A stretch of DNA of 64,000 nucleotides. Source: Octopus sinensis. Taxonomy: Eukaryota. This document shows, piece after piece, positions 27,202-40,056 of this stretch. Every line of letters starts with the position of its first letter. The stretch's first letter is position 1. The notes under the pieces are model-generated. The model was not told the DNA's origin. It was given only the letters and a program-made list of their open reading frames with translations, and did no database searches. The translations under genes and the position numbers were made by a program. The stretch covers positions 30,216-94,215 of the forward strand of contig NW_021832865.1 of the NCBI RefSeq assembly GCF_006345805.1, in the 5' to 3' direction.

Positions 27202-27879
27202 ACCTACATTATTAAACAAGCTATCATCTACACAACCTCTTGACAAAAAACAATTATGTGGAAGGTCCAAATTATATAAAAATACATATCTACCATTCCA
27301 TTAACAGTTCATAATTATTGCAGCAGTTACAAGGTTGCAGGGTATTTGCAAATTGCTTATATTTGGTTAATTTATACAGTATACAAAAATATAGACATAC
27401 TACATGCTTTCAAAAATAGAGATTAATGTATATTTTTTCTATGTTTATAATTTTTTGTTTAGAATATTGAAAAAAATTATGCCACCAAAGGAAAAACATA
27501 ATCTTTCCAGAAACATCTATAAGGCAAGGAGGAGTGCAGAAAACTGAAGGCGAGAGTCTCAAGAGATAATGGACGTAAGACTTTGTCAACATCAGTAAAA
27601 GCATACTGTTGTTGTTAAGCAACAAGATGGGTAAAGGTGATTAGGTGATGGTCACGGGCTTAGGGGCGGGAGACCCCAGACCTTGGGAAAAAAAAAAAAA
27701 TCTTTGGTCGTCTTGTAGTTGCGGGCTCTTCGTTGACACACGACATCACTGGGAGGTGGCCCTCGAAGTCGCTGGAAATGGAGATCTCCAGGTCCAAATT
27801 CTTGAACGGCGTAAAAGCATGCTGCAGCATGTCAGATGTAGTCTCAATACAGAAGGGGCATGACACTTTCCAAAGAACA

Positions 27880-30852
27880 AACGCATGCTGCAACACATCA
27901 AATGGAGTCTGAAGACAGAAGATGAGACTTTCTGAACATCAGCAATGGCATGCTGCAGTACATCAGATGGAGTCTCAAGAGGGAAGAAGGGACATGACAC
28001 TTTCCAAAGATCACCAAACACATGCTGCAACACATCATATAGGACCTCAAGAGAGAAGGGAGATGAGACTTTCTGAAGATCAACAAAGGCATTCTGCTGG
28101 ACATCAGATGGAGTCTCAAGACAGAAAGGAGATGAGACTTTCTGAAGATCAGCAAAGGCATTCTGCTGGACATCAGATGGAGTCTCAAGACAGAAAGGAG
28201 ATGAGACTTTCTGAAGATCAGCAAAGGCATTCTGCTGGACATCAGATGGAGTCTCAAGACAGAAAGGAGATGAGACTTTCTGAAGATCAGCAAAGGCATT
28301 CTGCTGGACATCAGATGGAGTCTCAAGACAGAAAGGAGATGAGACTTTCTGAAGATCAGCAAAGGCATTCTGCTGGACATCAGATGGAGTCTCAAGACAG
28401 AAGGAGATGAGACTTTCTGAAGATCAGCAAAGGCATTCTGCTGGACATCAGATGGAGTCTCAAGACAGAAAGGAGATGAGACTTTCTGAAGATCAGCAAA
28501 GGCATTCTGCTGGACATCAGATGGAGTCTCAAGACAGAAAGGAGATGAGACTTTCTGAAGATCAGCAAAGGCATTCTGCTGGACATCAGATGGAGTCTCA
28601 AGACAGAAAGGAGATGAGACTTTCTGAAGATCAGCAAAGGCATTCTGCTGGACATCAGATGGAGTCTCAAGACAGAAAGGAGATGAGACTTTCTGAAGAT
28701 CAGCAAAGGCATTCTGCTGGACATCAGATGGAGTCTCAAGACAGAAAGGAGATGAGACTTTCTGAAGATCAGCAAAGGCATTCTGCTGGACATCAGATGG
28801 AGTCTCAAGACAGAAAGGAGATGAGACTTTCTGAAGATCAGCAAAGGCATTCTGCTGGACATCAGATGGAGTCTCAAGACAGAAAGGAGATGAGACTTTC
28901 TGAAGATCAACAAAGGCATTCTGCTGGACATCAGATAGAGTCTCAAGACAGAAAGGAGATGAGACTTTCTGAAGATCAGCAAAGGCATTCTGCTGGACAT
29001 CAGATGGAGTCTCAAGACAGAAGGAGATGAGACTTTCTGAAGATCAGCAAAGGCATTCTGCTGGACATCAGATGGAGTCTCAAGACAGAAAGGAGATGAG
29101 ACTTTCCCAAGATCAACAAAGGCATTCTGCTGGACATCAGATGGAGTCTCAAGACAGAAAGGAGATGAGACTTTCTGAAGATCAGCAAAGGCATTCTGCT
29201 GGACATCAGATGGAGTCTCAAGACAGAAAGGAGATGAGACTTTCTGAAGATCAGCAAAGGCATTCTGCTGGACATCAGATGGAGTCTCAAGACAGAAAGG
29301 AGATGAGACTTTCTGAAGATCAGCAAAGGCATTCTGCTGGACATCAGATGGAGTCTCAAGACAGAAAGGAGATGAGACTTTCTGAAGATCAGCAAAGGCA
29401 TTCTGCTGGACATCAGATGGAGTCTCAAGACAGAAAGGAGATGAGACTTTCTGAAGATCAGCAAAGGCATTCTGCTGGACATCAGATGGAGTCTCAAGAC
29501 AGAAAGGAGATGAGACTTTCTGAAGATCAGCAAAGGCATTCTGCTGGACATCAGATGGAGTCTCAAGACAGAAAGGAGATGAGACTTTCTGAAGATCAGC
29601 AAAGGCATTCTGCTGGACATCAGATGGAGTCTCAAGACAGAAAGGAGATGAGACTTTCTGAAGATCAGCAAAGGCATTCTGCTGGACATCAGATGGAGTC
29701 TCAAGACAGAAACGAGATGAGACTTTCTGAAGATCAGCAAAGGCATTCTGCTGGACATCAGATGGAGTCTCAAGACAGAAAGGAGATGAGACTTTCTGAA
29801 GATCAGCAAAGGCATTCTGCTGGACATCAGATGGAGTCTCAAGACAGAAAGGAGATGAGACTTTCTGAAGATCAGCAAAGGCATTCTGCTGGACATCAGA
29901 TGGAGTCTCAAGACAGAAAGGAGATGAGACTTTCTGAAGATCAGCAAAGGCATTCTGCTGGACATCAGATGGAGTCTCAAGACAGAAAGGAGATGAGACT
30001 TTCTGAAGATCAGCAAAGGCATTCTGCTGGACATCAGATGGAGTCTCAAGACAGAAAGGAGATGAGACTTTCTGAAGATCAGCAAAGGCATTCTGCTGGA
30101 CATCAGATGGAGTCTCAAGACAGAAAGGAGATGAGACTTTCTGAAGATCAGCAAAGGCATTCTGCTGGACATCAGATGGAGTCTCAAGACAGAAAGGAGA
30201 TGAGACTTTCTGAAGATCAGCAAAGGCATTCTGCTGGACATCAGATGGAGTCTCAAGACAGAAAGGAGATGAGACTTTCTGAAGATCAGCAAAGGCATTC
30301 TGCTGGACATCAGATGGAGTCTCAAGACAGAAAGGAGATGAGACTTTCTGAAGATCAGCAAAGGCATTCTGCTGGACATCAGATGGAGTCTCAAGACAGA
30401 AAGGAGATGAAACTTTCTGAAGATCAGCGAAGGCATTCTGCTGGACATCAGATGGAGTCTCAAGACAGAAAGGAGATGAGACTTTCTGAAGATCAGCGAA
30501 GGCATTCTGCTGGACATCAGATGGAGTCTCAAGACAGAAGGAGATGAGACTTTCCCAAGATCAACAAAGGCATTCTGCTGGACATCAGATGGAGTCTCAA
30601 GACAGAAAGGAGATGAGACTTTCCCAAGATCAACAAAGGCATTCTGCTGGACATCAGATGGAGTCTCAAGACAGAAAGGAGATGAGACTTTCTGAAGATC
30701 AGCAAAGGCATTCTGCTGGACATCAGATGGAGTCTCAAGACAGAAAGGAGATGAGACTTTCTGAAGATCAGCAAAGGCATTCTGCTGGACATCAGATGGA
30801 GTCTCAAGACAGAAAGGAGATGAGACTTTCTGAAGATCAGCAAAGGCATGCA
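27880..30852 (+). repeat. 69-bp tandem array (~40 near-identical units plus a few degenerate 5' units) encoding MRLSEDQQRHSAGHQMESQDRKE
   Basis: Direct reading. 1-bp deletions at ~28400, ~29020 and ~30538 break the frame. Confidence 0.96.
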
Positions 30853-31258
30853 GCTGCAGCACTTAATGCTGAATCATTAAAACGTTTAGCTCACCAGATT
30901 ACACAGAGGTTCAATAGAATAGCTCTCAGAATCAGGTCACATACAAATTCGTTCTTCACAACACCTGGAGCTTCTTTCAGATATGATCCATCGCATTCTT
31001 ATAAAAATGATAATTCTGTTCAAATCGGTGACCTTTCTTGTCATCTGTGCATATATTCTTGTCATTTGTGCAAAGCTTTTACATTAACTCCACAAATGTT
31101 TTGTCATCAATGCAGCACTTTCATGTATCACCTGTTTCATATATATACAAACTATGCCCTTTTAATCCCGAGCAACACCGGGTATCTCTGCTAGTTATAT
31201 ATATTTTGAGTAAGAACATTTGTTGGATTAAATGTGTTGTATATTTTATTTATTACAG

Positions 31259-31438
31259 GTATTTATGGTATACCCATAGAAGAAGGAACCAAATGTACAG
31301 TAAAGACGATAAAGAATTATCTTGATACTCACACAAATTCTAAAATAAAACATATTTGTTTAATTGATGTACGGAAGGAAGTAATCAGAGCTTTTAAGCT
31401 TCATCTAGAAATGGTGTTTGGAATCAGTAAAAGCAGAG
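31259..31438 (+). CDS. Macro-PARP exon: macrodomain 1 C-terminus (GIYGIPIEEGTKCTVKTIKNYL...KHICLIDVRKEVIRAF)
   Basis: TTACAG acceptor and G|GTAGGA donor. Completes STGIYG.P across the splice junction. Confidence 0.92.
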
Positions 31439-31559
31439 GTAGGACTTGTTATTTGTTTGATATTTTAGTGAAAACTTAAATGATTTATTTCAGGTGTTAA
31501 TTAAGATTTTTCCTCCTTCAGTCAACTTTTATCTGATTCCTATTATTGGTTTATGGGCA

Positions 31560-31970
31560 CAGCCATGGATTTGTGGTTAAAAAGATTCATTTCTAACCAT
31601 GTTAATTCCCAATGTAAGGCAACTCAAGAAAATATCTTCTAATATGGCCCTGAGCTGACCAAAGTCTTGTCAACTGGTTTAGAAGTTAGAAACTGATACA
31701 AGGGCTCCTCATATATGTACTGTGTGTGTTTGTACTCTTGTCTTGACATCATGTGATGGCTGTAAACGAGCATCCCCAGCATACAGGTGAGGTTGTTTGT
31801 TTCCTGTCTTCTGTGGAAACCATGTCTGGCCAGGGGGAAATATTACCTTGCTTGGAAACAGGTGAGGGTCAGCATCAGGAAGAGCATCCAGCTATAGAAA
31901 GTCTGCCTCAATAAACTAATCTGACCCATGCAAGCAGGGAACAATGGATGTGAAAACAAGGATGATGATG
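31560..31970 (+). mobile_element. Degenerate SINE with RTE-type 3' tail
   Basis: GTGGTTAAAAAG head and tail AGCATCCAGCTATAGAAA...CCCATGCAAGCAGGGAA...GATGATGATG. Confidence 0.6.
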
Positions 31971-32269
31971 TTTAATTTATTGCAGTTGATAAAATACTCT
32001 TGTCTCACTCTGTGAATCCTGTCTTGTATAAATAACGAAGGATAATTATAATTATTTATCTGATACATTGTAAACATGAGTATTGCTTGTAATTACTATG
32101 AAGTTATAGATTCCCCCCCCCCCACCTCAAAAGAAAAGGGCTTTTTCAATAAGTGAATGACTTCTCAGTTTCTCTGACTAAAAATTAAAATTTAGTGCAA
32201 TTTTTTTAATGACTTCTTTCTTTTTTGATTTGTTATTATCATCTGCAGCAGTGGTGGGGGTGGGGTCTT

Positions 32270-34878
32270 TTAGCAGGGATGCAGTCAGTAAGGTGAGGGT
32301 GGACAATGAGTATAGCGATTAATCTAAGGTACAGGTAGAGGTTCACTAAGGATTGGTCCTCAGTCCCCTCTTGTTTATCATAGTCCACTAGACAATAACA
32401 GGGCAATTTAAGATATGCTGCCCCTGGGAGCTCCTCTATGCTGATGAACTTGTTCTCATAGTTGAATCACTTCCAGAACTAAAAAAGAAATTTCAGGTGT
32501 GGAAGCAAGGTTTAGAATCAAAGGGCCTTAGAGTTAACCTGGCAAAGACCAAAGTTTTAGTAAGTAGGAAGGCAGACAAATTACAAACCCCTTTGGGTAG
32601 ATGGCCCTGCTTGTTCTGTTGAAAATGCATTGGCAGAAGCTCCATGTGATGTATCTAGTGCAAGCGATGGATACATAAGAGGTACAGCAATATCAGAGGA
32701 AGGTTAACTGGGAAAATAGTTTTGTGTTTGGAAGGGGCACAGGTACAATAAATACTAAAAATGTACAGAAAATAGATTCCATTAATTGCTAGTGGGGTAA
32801 GCTAGATAGCTTCTGTTATGTAGGTGACCAAGTCAGTAGCAAATTGGATGCTCTGAGAGTGTAGCTCTGAGAATAAGATTAGGTTAGGTGAAAGTTCAGA
32901 AAGCTCCTAACTCTGCTGGCAACAAAAGGCCTCTCCTTCAGAGTGAAAGGCAGATTGTAGGATGCCTGTGGGCAAACAGCCATGTTCCATGACAGAGAAA
33001 TGTGGGCTGTGATCATAGAGGACATGTGAAAGATATGAAGCTAGAAGATAGAAATAATTACAGAGGTAACAAATTGTTGGTTCAGGTGATGAAGGTTACA
33101 GAGAGAGTCATAACCCAACTAATTAGGGAGAAACTTAGTCTAGATGAGATGCAGTTTGGGTTTGTGCCAGGGAGAAGCACCACTGGTGCTATGTTTCTGG
33201 TAAGGTAACTGTAGGAGAAATGCCAAGCCAAATCTTGTCTTTTGTTGACTTTTGACAGCGTCCGCTCATCCCATATCTGGTGGTCAATGTGGAAACTAGG
33301 GATAGACGAGTGGTTGGTGAGATCTGTACAACCCTTGTACAGGAACGCTACCAGTAAGGTGAGGGTGGGCAACAGGTATAGTGAAGAATTTGGAGTACAA
33401 GTAGGGATTCAGCAAGGAATGGGTGCTCAACCCCCTTTTGTTCATCATAGTTCTCCAGGCAATAACAGAGGAATTCAAGACAAGCTGCCCCTGGGAGCTC
33501 CTATACCCTGATGACCTTGTTCTTATAGCTGAATCACTACCTGAGCTAGAGAAGTTCAAGGTATGGAAACAAGATCTAGAATCAAAAGGCCTTAGAGTTA
33601 ACCTAGCAAAAACCAAAGTCATTGTAAGTAGGAAGGCAGACAGATCACAAATCCTCTCAGGCAGATGGCCCTGCTCAGTCTGTAGAAAAGGTGTAGGTAG
33701 AAACTCCATAAGCTGCACCCATTGTAATCTTTGGACACAAAGGAAGGTTAACAGAGAAATTAACTTTTGTATGTGGAAGGTGCACAGGTGCAATAAACAC
33801 TGAAAATGCACAGAAAATAGACTCCATCAACTGCAGGTTAGAGGTAGTAGATAGATTCGGTTACCTAGGTGACCAAGTTAGTAGTGGAGGTGGATGTTCT
33901 GAGAGTATAGCTGTGAGAATAAGATTAGGCTGGGCAAAGTTCAGAGAGCTCCTGCTTCTGATGGTAACAAAGGACCTCTCCCTCAGAGTGAAAGGCAGAT
34001 TGTATGAAGCCTGTGAGTGAACAGCTATGCTACATGGCAGTGAAACATGGGCTATGACAGCCAAGGACATGTGTAGGCTTGAGAAAAATGAAGCCAGTAT
34101 GCTTCACTGGATGTGCAATGCCAGTATGCATGTTCGACAGAGTGTAAGCATTTTGAGAGAAAAGTTAGGCATAAGAGGAATCAGATGAGGTGTGCTGGTA
34201 TGACCATGTGATGCATATGGACAGGTGTGTAAAGAGGTGCCAATCTCTAACTGTGGAGGGAACCTGTGATAAAAGTAGACCCAGGAAGACATGGGACAAG
34301 GTGGTGAAGCACGATCTTCAAACTTTGAGCCTCACAAAGGCAATGAATGGTGACCGAGACTTTAGTGATGTGCTGCACTTGAGAGGACCCCTTCAAGCTA
34401 TGTGCACCCATGCCAGTGGAACATAAAGAACATCTTTTGAACTTTGGGCCTCATAGAGGCAAATTAGCTGAGTTCCTTTCAAGCACTGAGCCTCACAGAA
34501 ACAAAGTGGCTGAATTCCACTTTAGCATTGAGCCTCATGGAGGCAAAGTGGCTGAGTTCCTTTCGAGTGTTGGGCCCACAGAGGCAATGACTGAGACCTT
34601 TGGCATTATGTTGTGTTTGAGAATATGACCCATCATGCCGAGCAAAATTGCAGTCGTGGAAGATACTGGTGTTGCACAAAATTATACCCATGCTGGTGGC
34701 ATGTAGAAGCACCCATTTCACTCTTGAAGTGGTTGTCATATGGAAAGGCATCCAGCTGTAGAAACTGTGTCAAATCTGACTGGAACCTGGTGCAGCTCTC
34801 CAGCCTATCAGTTTCAGTCAAACCGTTCAACCCATGCCAGCATGGAAAGTGGATGTTAAATGATGATGATTATGATGA
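32270..34878 (+). mobile_element. Two tandem or nested degenerate RTE fragments (RT C-terminal half twice) plus 3' UTR
   Basis: RT segment (CPWELLY.DD, GLRVNLAKTK, WPCSVCRKG) at both 32280-33030 and 33040-34330. (ATG)n tail at 34860-34878. Confidence 0.85.
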
Positions 34879-34906
34879 TTTACATTTTCTACTAATCATT
34901 CTTTAA

Positions 34907-36022
34907 CCCTTTCGTTACTATATTTCTGACCAAAATACACCCCTCATGAGTTTCAATTAAATTCTAAAATAATCATGAATCTAGGCTTGTTTCATTAAAT
35001 AACTGTAACTTTTTTACTTATCAACATATTAATGTGATATTTGGAACATAATTAAAGAAAGGGTTCTTAATCAATTCTATTGCATAACTTTTGTCTCAAA
35101 GTGACTTTAATTACAGGTAAATCCAGGTAAATTGAGCAAAAGGTAAAAATATTAAAATTTTAAATTGAGCGAAAGGTAAAAATATTAAAATTTTGTTTAA
35201 ACATCACCATAGAAAATGAATCATCAGCTAATATTCAAATGGGTATGCAACAAAATTTTGATAAAGAAGAATTGTGCACATCACTATATCATCAGTTGAA
35301 TTTAATGCACAACAGGTGTACCATAGAGGTGGAATAAAGTGAAATACTGGAATCCACCGCAAGTTTGACCGAACTAAAGAAATCGGTCAAAAAATAATAT
35401 ACGGCCCTGGTTATGGTATGGAAGTGATAAATTCCAGACCACATCGTTCCCTAGGCCATGCTGACTAACATTATTTTCCCTGTATAAAAACTAAATCCAC
35501 GCAGTACCCAGTATTTGCTTCACAAATTTTCCGAAATTTGAACCCCCATTTGGTGTTTGTTTACATTTGCCTAAGTTTGTTTCCGCATTGATCGCTTCAA
35601 ACAATAACTTCCAGACCACATCATACCCTAAGCCATGCTGACTAACATTAGTTTCCCTGTATAAAAACTAAATCCACAACAGTACCCAGTATTTGCTTCA
35701 CAAATTTTCCAATTCAGAATCAATGCTTGATAACATGAAACTCCAATCCATTTTCTAAGTTGAAAAAAAATCGATGCCGAAAAAAATGTGGAAAAAAATC
35801 TCCCAAAATTCAGGGAATTAAAATTACACGTCGATCCTTGTACAAAACTGTAGATGAACTGTTTACGAAGTATAATCACGTGTTTTCACGAATGTACTAC
35901 AGAGATTTGCTCTGATATTCTCATTTAAATATGAATAGGTAAATTCGGGCGGCTTTGGGCGGTTTGGTCACATTAACCAAAATATTTTTCAGGCGGCTTT
36001 GGGCGGTTTGGTAACGAAAGGG
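34907..36022. mobile_element. piggyBac-type non-autonomous element
   Basis: TTAA|CCCTTTCGTTAC ... GTAACGAAAGGG|TTAA. Internal direct repeats at 35430-35535/35605-35710 and subterminal GGCGGCTTTGGGCGGTTTGGT x2. Confidence 0.88.
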
Positions 36023-37218
36023 TTAAAGAGAAATTTCTTGAAATAAGTGTTTTATTTTCTTACGTCCAATAATGTTGAACCAAGACTTATAGCGTTGGCT
36101 GACTCTAAAGTATTTACGAGATGCCATTTAGCTCTGGAAGCCTTCTTCAACTGAATAACCAAGTTTCTTTCCTTGAACAGGTTACCCTGTTAGAAATTAC
36201 TTATCACATGACCATCAACCTGAGTCATGTGATGTGGTAAGCAGGGAAGCCAAGGGCTGCACCAGGCTCCAGTCTGATCTGGTGAAAGAAAAATTACAAG
36301 AAAGGTTTTAAAATTCACCATATATACATACATATATACATATATATATGTATATATATGTGTGTGTGTATATATATATATATATATCTTTGATTAAAGT
36401 TTAAAGATTACATGTTTATTTTGGACTTCTGGTCACACATATGCAATGATATACAGCAACTGGCCTGAGTATTACCTGTACCATACCCATACATGTATGT
36501 CCCAACAGATTTCTTTCCCTATAATTTCAAGAAAAACGTAATTTTTTAATGAAATTTTCTATAAATATGCTTCAGATGGTATAAATTCCAATTCTATTGG
36601 AACTTGTTGTAAAAAACAACAAAAAAACCCCCCTCAAAAACAAATATCTGATGTGTATCAATATTTATGTATCCTATCCCAGCAATTTATATTTTTGCAT
36701 CAAATTCCATTATTATCCTAATATACACACCTTGAAAGGTATTTGTGGAAATTTTCATTTGAAAATAACCATTTTTCCAAAAGTTATGAGGAAACAAATT
36801 TGAGTTTATGTGAATTTTCTGAAACTCCTCTCTCCACTCCCTGAAAAACATTTTTTTCACACCAAATTCCCAACTTACTGGAATCTACACCATCTGAAGC
36901 CTGTTTTAATAAATGTTTTAAGAAAAAAAGGAGGTGTAAGATTACATTTTACTAACCAGTTTCACTGTTTTCAGACTCTGAAAGTTTCAAGTATGTTCTT
37001 CAATGTATTTATAGTCCATGTGGTAGAAGAAATAGATGGAAATAACGTTATATAGCCTTGTCGCTATATAAAAGTTGGTGGGGGGGGGGGGAAATGACTA
37101 CAAGTTAGCATGTCTTCTCTTGCTAAATCATATTTTCAGAAAGGAATATCATTATTATTTATATGGAATAAAGAAGTTCTTTTAAGAGAGAGAAGAATGT
37201 TTAATTGTTTATTTTCAG

Positions 37219-37365
37219 CAACCCCTTCACCAAACCCATCCCTTCCTGGTTCACAACAGAAAGCAGCCCCTATGACACCCAGAACTAATGTGACATCCAG
37301 AGAAAATGATGGCATTGAAATAAACCTAATGATTGATTCAATTTCTAAATATATCAAGATGGGGG
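37219..37365 (+). other. Extra partial copy of the linker/macro-start exon (pseudo-exon or alternative exon)
   Basis: TTTTCAG acceptor, open frame TPSPNPSLPGSQQKAAPMTPRTNVTSRENDGIEINLMIDSISK. The ancestral GTGAGT donor is lost; a possible phase-1 GTAATA donor lies at 37366. Confidence 0.5.
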
Positions 37366-37442
37366 GTAATAATGATGTTGGTATGTGTGTGTGTGTGTGT
37401 ATGTGTCTATACACACACACACTGATATTTGTTTATTTTCAG

Positions 37443-37576
37443 AAACCACATCAAGCTCGTCCATTCCTGGTCCAAGACAGGAACCATCCTCTGTGACACC
37501 CAGAACTAATGTGGCATCTGGAGTAAATCCTGGCATCAAAATAAACCTAATGATTGATTCAATTTCTAATGCATCT
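37443..37576 (+). CDS. Macro-PARP exon: Ser/Pro linker and start of macrodomain 2
   Basis: TTTTCAG acceptor, |GTGAGT donor, phase 1 to 0. ETTSSSSIPGPRQEPSSVTPRTNVASGVNPGIKINLMIDSISNAS. Confidence 0.85.
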
Positions 37577-37855
37577 GTGAGTAAATAGATTCATGTAACT
37601 TATTTATTTAATTGTTATTTCATTTCCAAATGAGGAATCGTTAAAGTTAATTAAAACATTTTCTCAATCAAACTCAAACATTTTATTTCCTTCACATCTG
37701 ATATCTTGAGTATATCTTTTGCTAACTTTAACAACCTCAAACTTACAACACCCATTCTGTAGAGCCTTTCTTAACAACAATATCAACTGCAACAATGTAT
37801 CTCTCTTCTCTCCATGGAATGTTCCTTAGTTGTTTACCATTAATTACTTTTGTAG

Positions 37856-38083
37856 GTTGATGTCATCGTTAACAGCTCCAATGAAGAACTCCAGCTTCAC
37901 AAGGGTTCTATTTCCAAATCTATTCTCAAAGCTGCTGGTTCACAGATACAAGTTGAATGTAACCAGAAATATCCTCGAGGTATTTCTGCATCTGAAATAG
38001 CCATTACTAAAGGATATAACCTCAAATGTAAGAATGTATTTCATCTGGCATTACCTCCCTGGGGTGAAAATTCTTCTGATTCA
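37856..38083 (+). CDS. Macro-PARP exon: macrodomain 2 (VDVIVNSSNEELQLHKGSISKSILKAAG...TKGYNLKCKNVFH)
   Basis: TTTTGTAG acceptor, |GTAAGT donor, 228 nt open. Absent from the ORF track because it has no start codon. Confidence 0.93.
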
Positions 38084-38559
38084 GTAAGTATCAATCATAT
38101 GATATTGATTTATTGAAAGAGTTAATGTTTGAAGAGAACCTTATGCATGTTGTGTGAGAATCATAAAGCAAATGTCAGCATCCTGTTTAATATTTGTTCT
38201 TCCAAGTTATCATTGGAAGGAAGCAGAAGATGTCGATGAACAGGACACTTTTATATATAAATAGAAGGAAAAAAGCCTCATGGCCTAACAACAGTTATGT
38301 GACTGATAAATAAGACTATATTAAAACATATTTCTCTGTTTTACTGTCTGTATTGGTGAGTTTTTCTCTGTCATGGCACGAGCACTAGAGAGGTTGTCAT
38401 GTCCTCAACAACACTAAAGACTCCTCTTGGGTCTGCATTGTCTCTCTTCATTCACCAACCATTTTACACGGTGGATTGGGTCTGATTTATTGTAGCAGCA
38501 TCATGAGTGAGGTTGCCTTGTCCCTTGCAGGACTAAAGAGTGATAGGAATAACAGTTGT

Positions 38560-39697
38560 GTTTAGTTTAGTTAGTTAGTTAGTTAATTTTTTGGCTCAAA
38601 AAGCAAAAAGCAAGGCCATGTAGGGGGACATGAAGTTATGTACAGGGTGGTGTTCATGTAAAGAGTTCAGGCCACTTGAGGTCAAGGGAGACTTTGAACA
38701 AAGCGGTCGTCGGCATCTTCACCATCTCGTCTGGCAGCTTGTTCCACAGATCCGCAACCCGGATGGAGAAAGCCCCTCTCCTTCGATTGAGATGAAATCG
38801 TCGCAGATAGAGCTTTTCCAAAAGACCCCACAGCTGATGCTCTGGAGCAGGAGTGAAGAACAGCTCTTTCAAGAGGTTACACTTTCCGCTTATGATGTTG
38901 TGAGCGAGAATAAGATCACCACGGCAGCGGCGTTTTTCTAGAGAATAAAGGTCGAGCGTCTTCAGCCTTTCTTCATAAGACAAATTCTTGAGACCATGAA
39001 CCATGCGGGTAGCCAGCTTCTGGACTCTTTTGAGATGCTGTATGTCTTTGAGGAGATAAGGAGAAGAGGCTTGAATCCCATACTCCAATATGGGTCTCAC
39101 CAGCGTGACATAGAGCGGTAGGAATATGGCTGCTGTGAGCATTCCGAATGACCGTCAAATCAAGAACAGAATTCCGCGTGCTTTGTTGGCAGCATGGACA
39201 CACTGGGCCGAAGGCGAAAAGGAGGAATCCACCAAGATACCCAGGTCCTTTACCTGATCGGTCCTCTCCAGCAGCAGAAGACCCGGCTCAAAATCAAGTT
39301 GAGTTGCAGGAGGAGAGCCAACAGGCAGATGACAGCACTTTGACACGTTCAGACACAGGTCCCATTCGTTAGACCACCTCCAAATTTGGTGGAGGCATCG
39401 ATGAAGATCCTCTATATCACCGCGAGGAGCGACCAGTTTGACATCGTTGGCAAATAGAAGGGTGTGTTGCGTGAGGTCGTCGGGCAAGTCATTTATGAAG
39501 ACTAAGAACAATAAGGGCCCAAGCACTGAACCTTGAGGCACGCCACTGCTAGCACTGGAGACGTCGGACTGCGAACCATTAATTTGGACTTGGAAGGAGC
39601 GATCTGAGAGGAAGGCACCAACCCATCGTACAATATCCGGATGAAAACTATATGCTTGAAGCTTGACAAGTAATAGGCGGTGGTTTACCGAGTCAAG
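38560..39697 (-). mobile_element. 5'-truncated CR1-type LINE
   Basis: SGVPQGSVLGPLLFLVFINDL, LYVTLVRPILEYG, ERLKTLDLYSLEKRR.RGDLI, RVADLWNKLP and an (AACT)n tail. Confidence 0.88.
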
Positions 39698-39828
39698 TAG
39701 AAGTGGTAGGAGTGAGAGGAGTTGTGAGAGGAGGATATATTTATTACAACTTAATGCTTTCTTCCTGTAATAAGAAAATAATTTAATAAAATGTTCATTA
39801 TCAATTACTAAACAATTATTTTTTTTAG

Positions 39829-40056
39829 ACTCTGGCAAACTTGACTCAAATAATAACCATTTGTCTGGAAAATGCTGAGAGAATTGGAGCAAAATGCCTG
39901 GCATTTCCTATATTAGGGGCTGGGATATTGAAGTACCCGATTGAAAACCTACCCAGAACAATGTATGAAGCCGTGAAAAACTACTCAAACCAAAATTCAA
40001 GCCAGATCAAAGATGTAGACTTTGTGGTTTATCCTCAAGACACAGAAGTAGTAAAG
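39829..40056 (+). CDS. Macro-PARP exon: macrodomain 2 C-terminal half (CLENAERIGAKCLAFPILGAGILKYP...IKDVDFVVYP)
   Basis: TTTTTTAG acceptor, AAG|GTTGGT donor, 228 nt open. Confidence 0.92.

Larger units (their letters stand above)
25825..31194 (+). mobile_element. Non-autonomous (internally deleted) Helitron
   Basis: 5' A|TCTATATGTATAAAA at 25825. 3' hairpin CCCG-AGCAACAC-CGGG then CTAG|T at 31167-31194. ORF remnant starts MPPKEKHNLSRN (ATG 27479), continues through the 23-aa repeats to ASFRYDPSHSYKNDNSVQIGDLS, resembling the Helitron Rep/Hel N-terminal F.YDP....V.IG motif. No Rep or helicase core. The 5' end is less certain than the 3' end. Confidence 0.78.

Noticed and set aside
27898-30862. 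Long minus-strand ORFs (up to 616 aa) and a possible host repeat-protein gene
   Set aside because: Stop-free frames of a 69-bp unit. The plus frame continues into a Helitron N-terminal motif and lies within Helitron termini.
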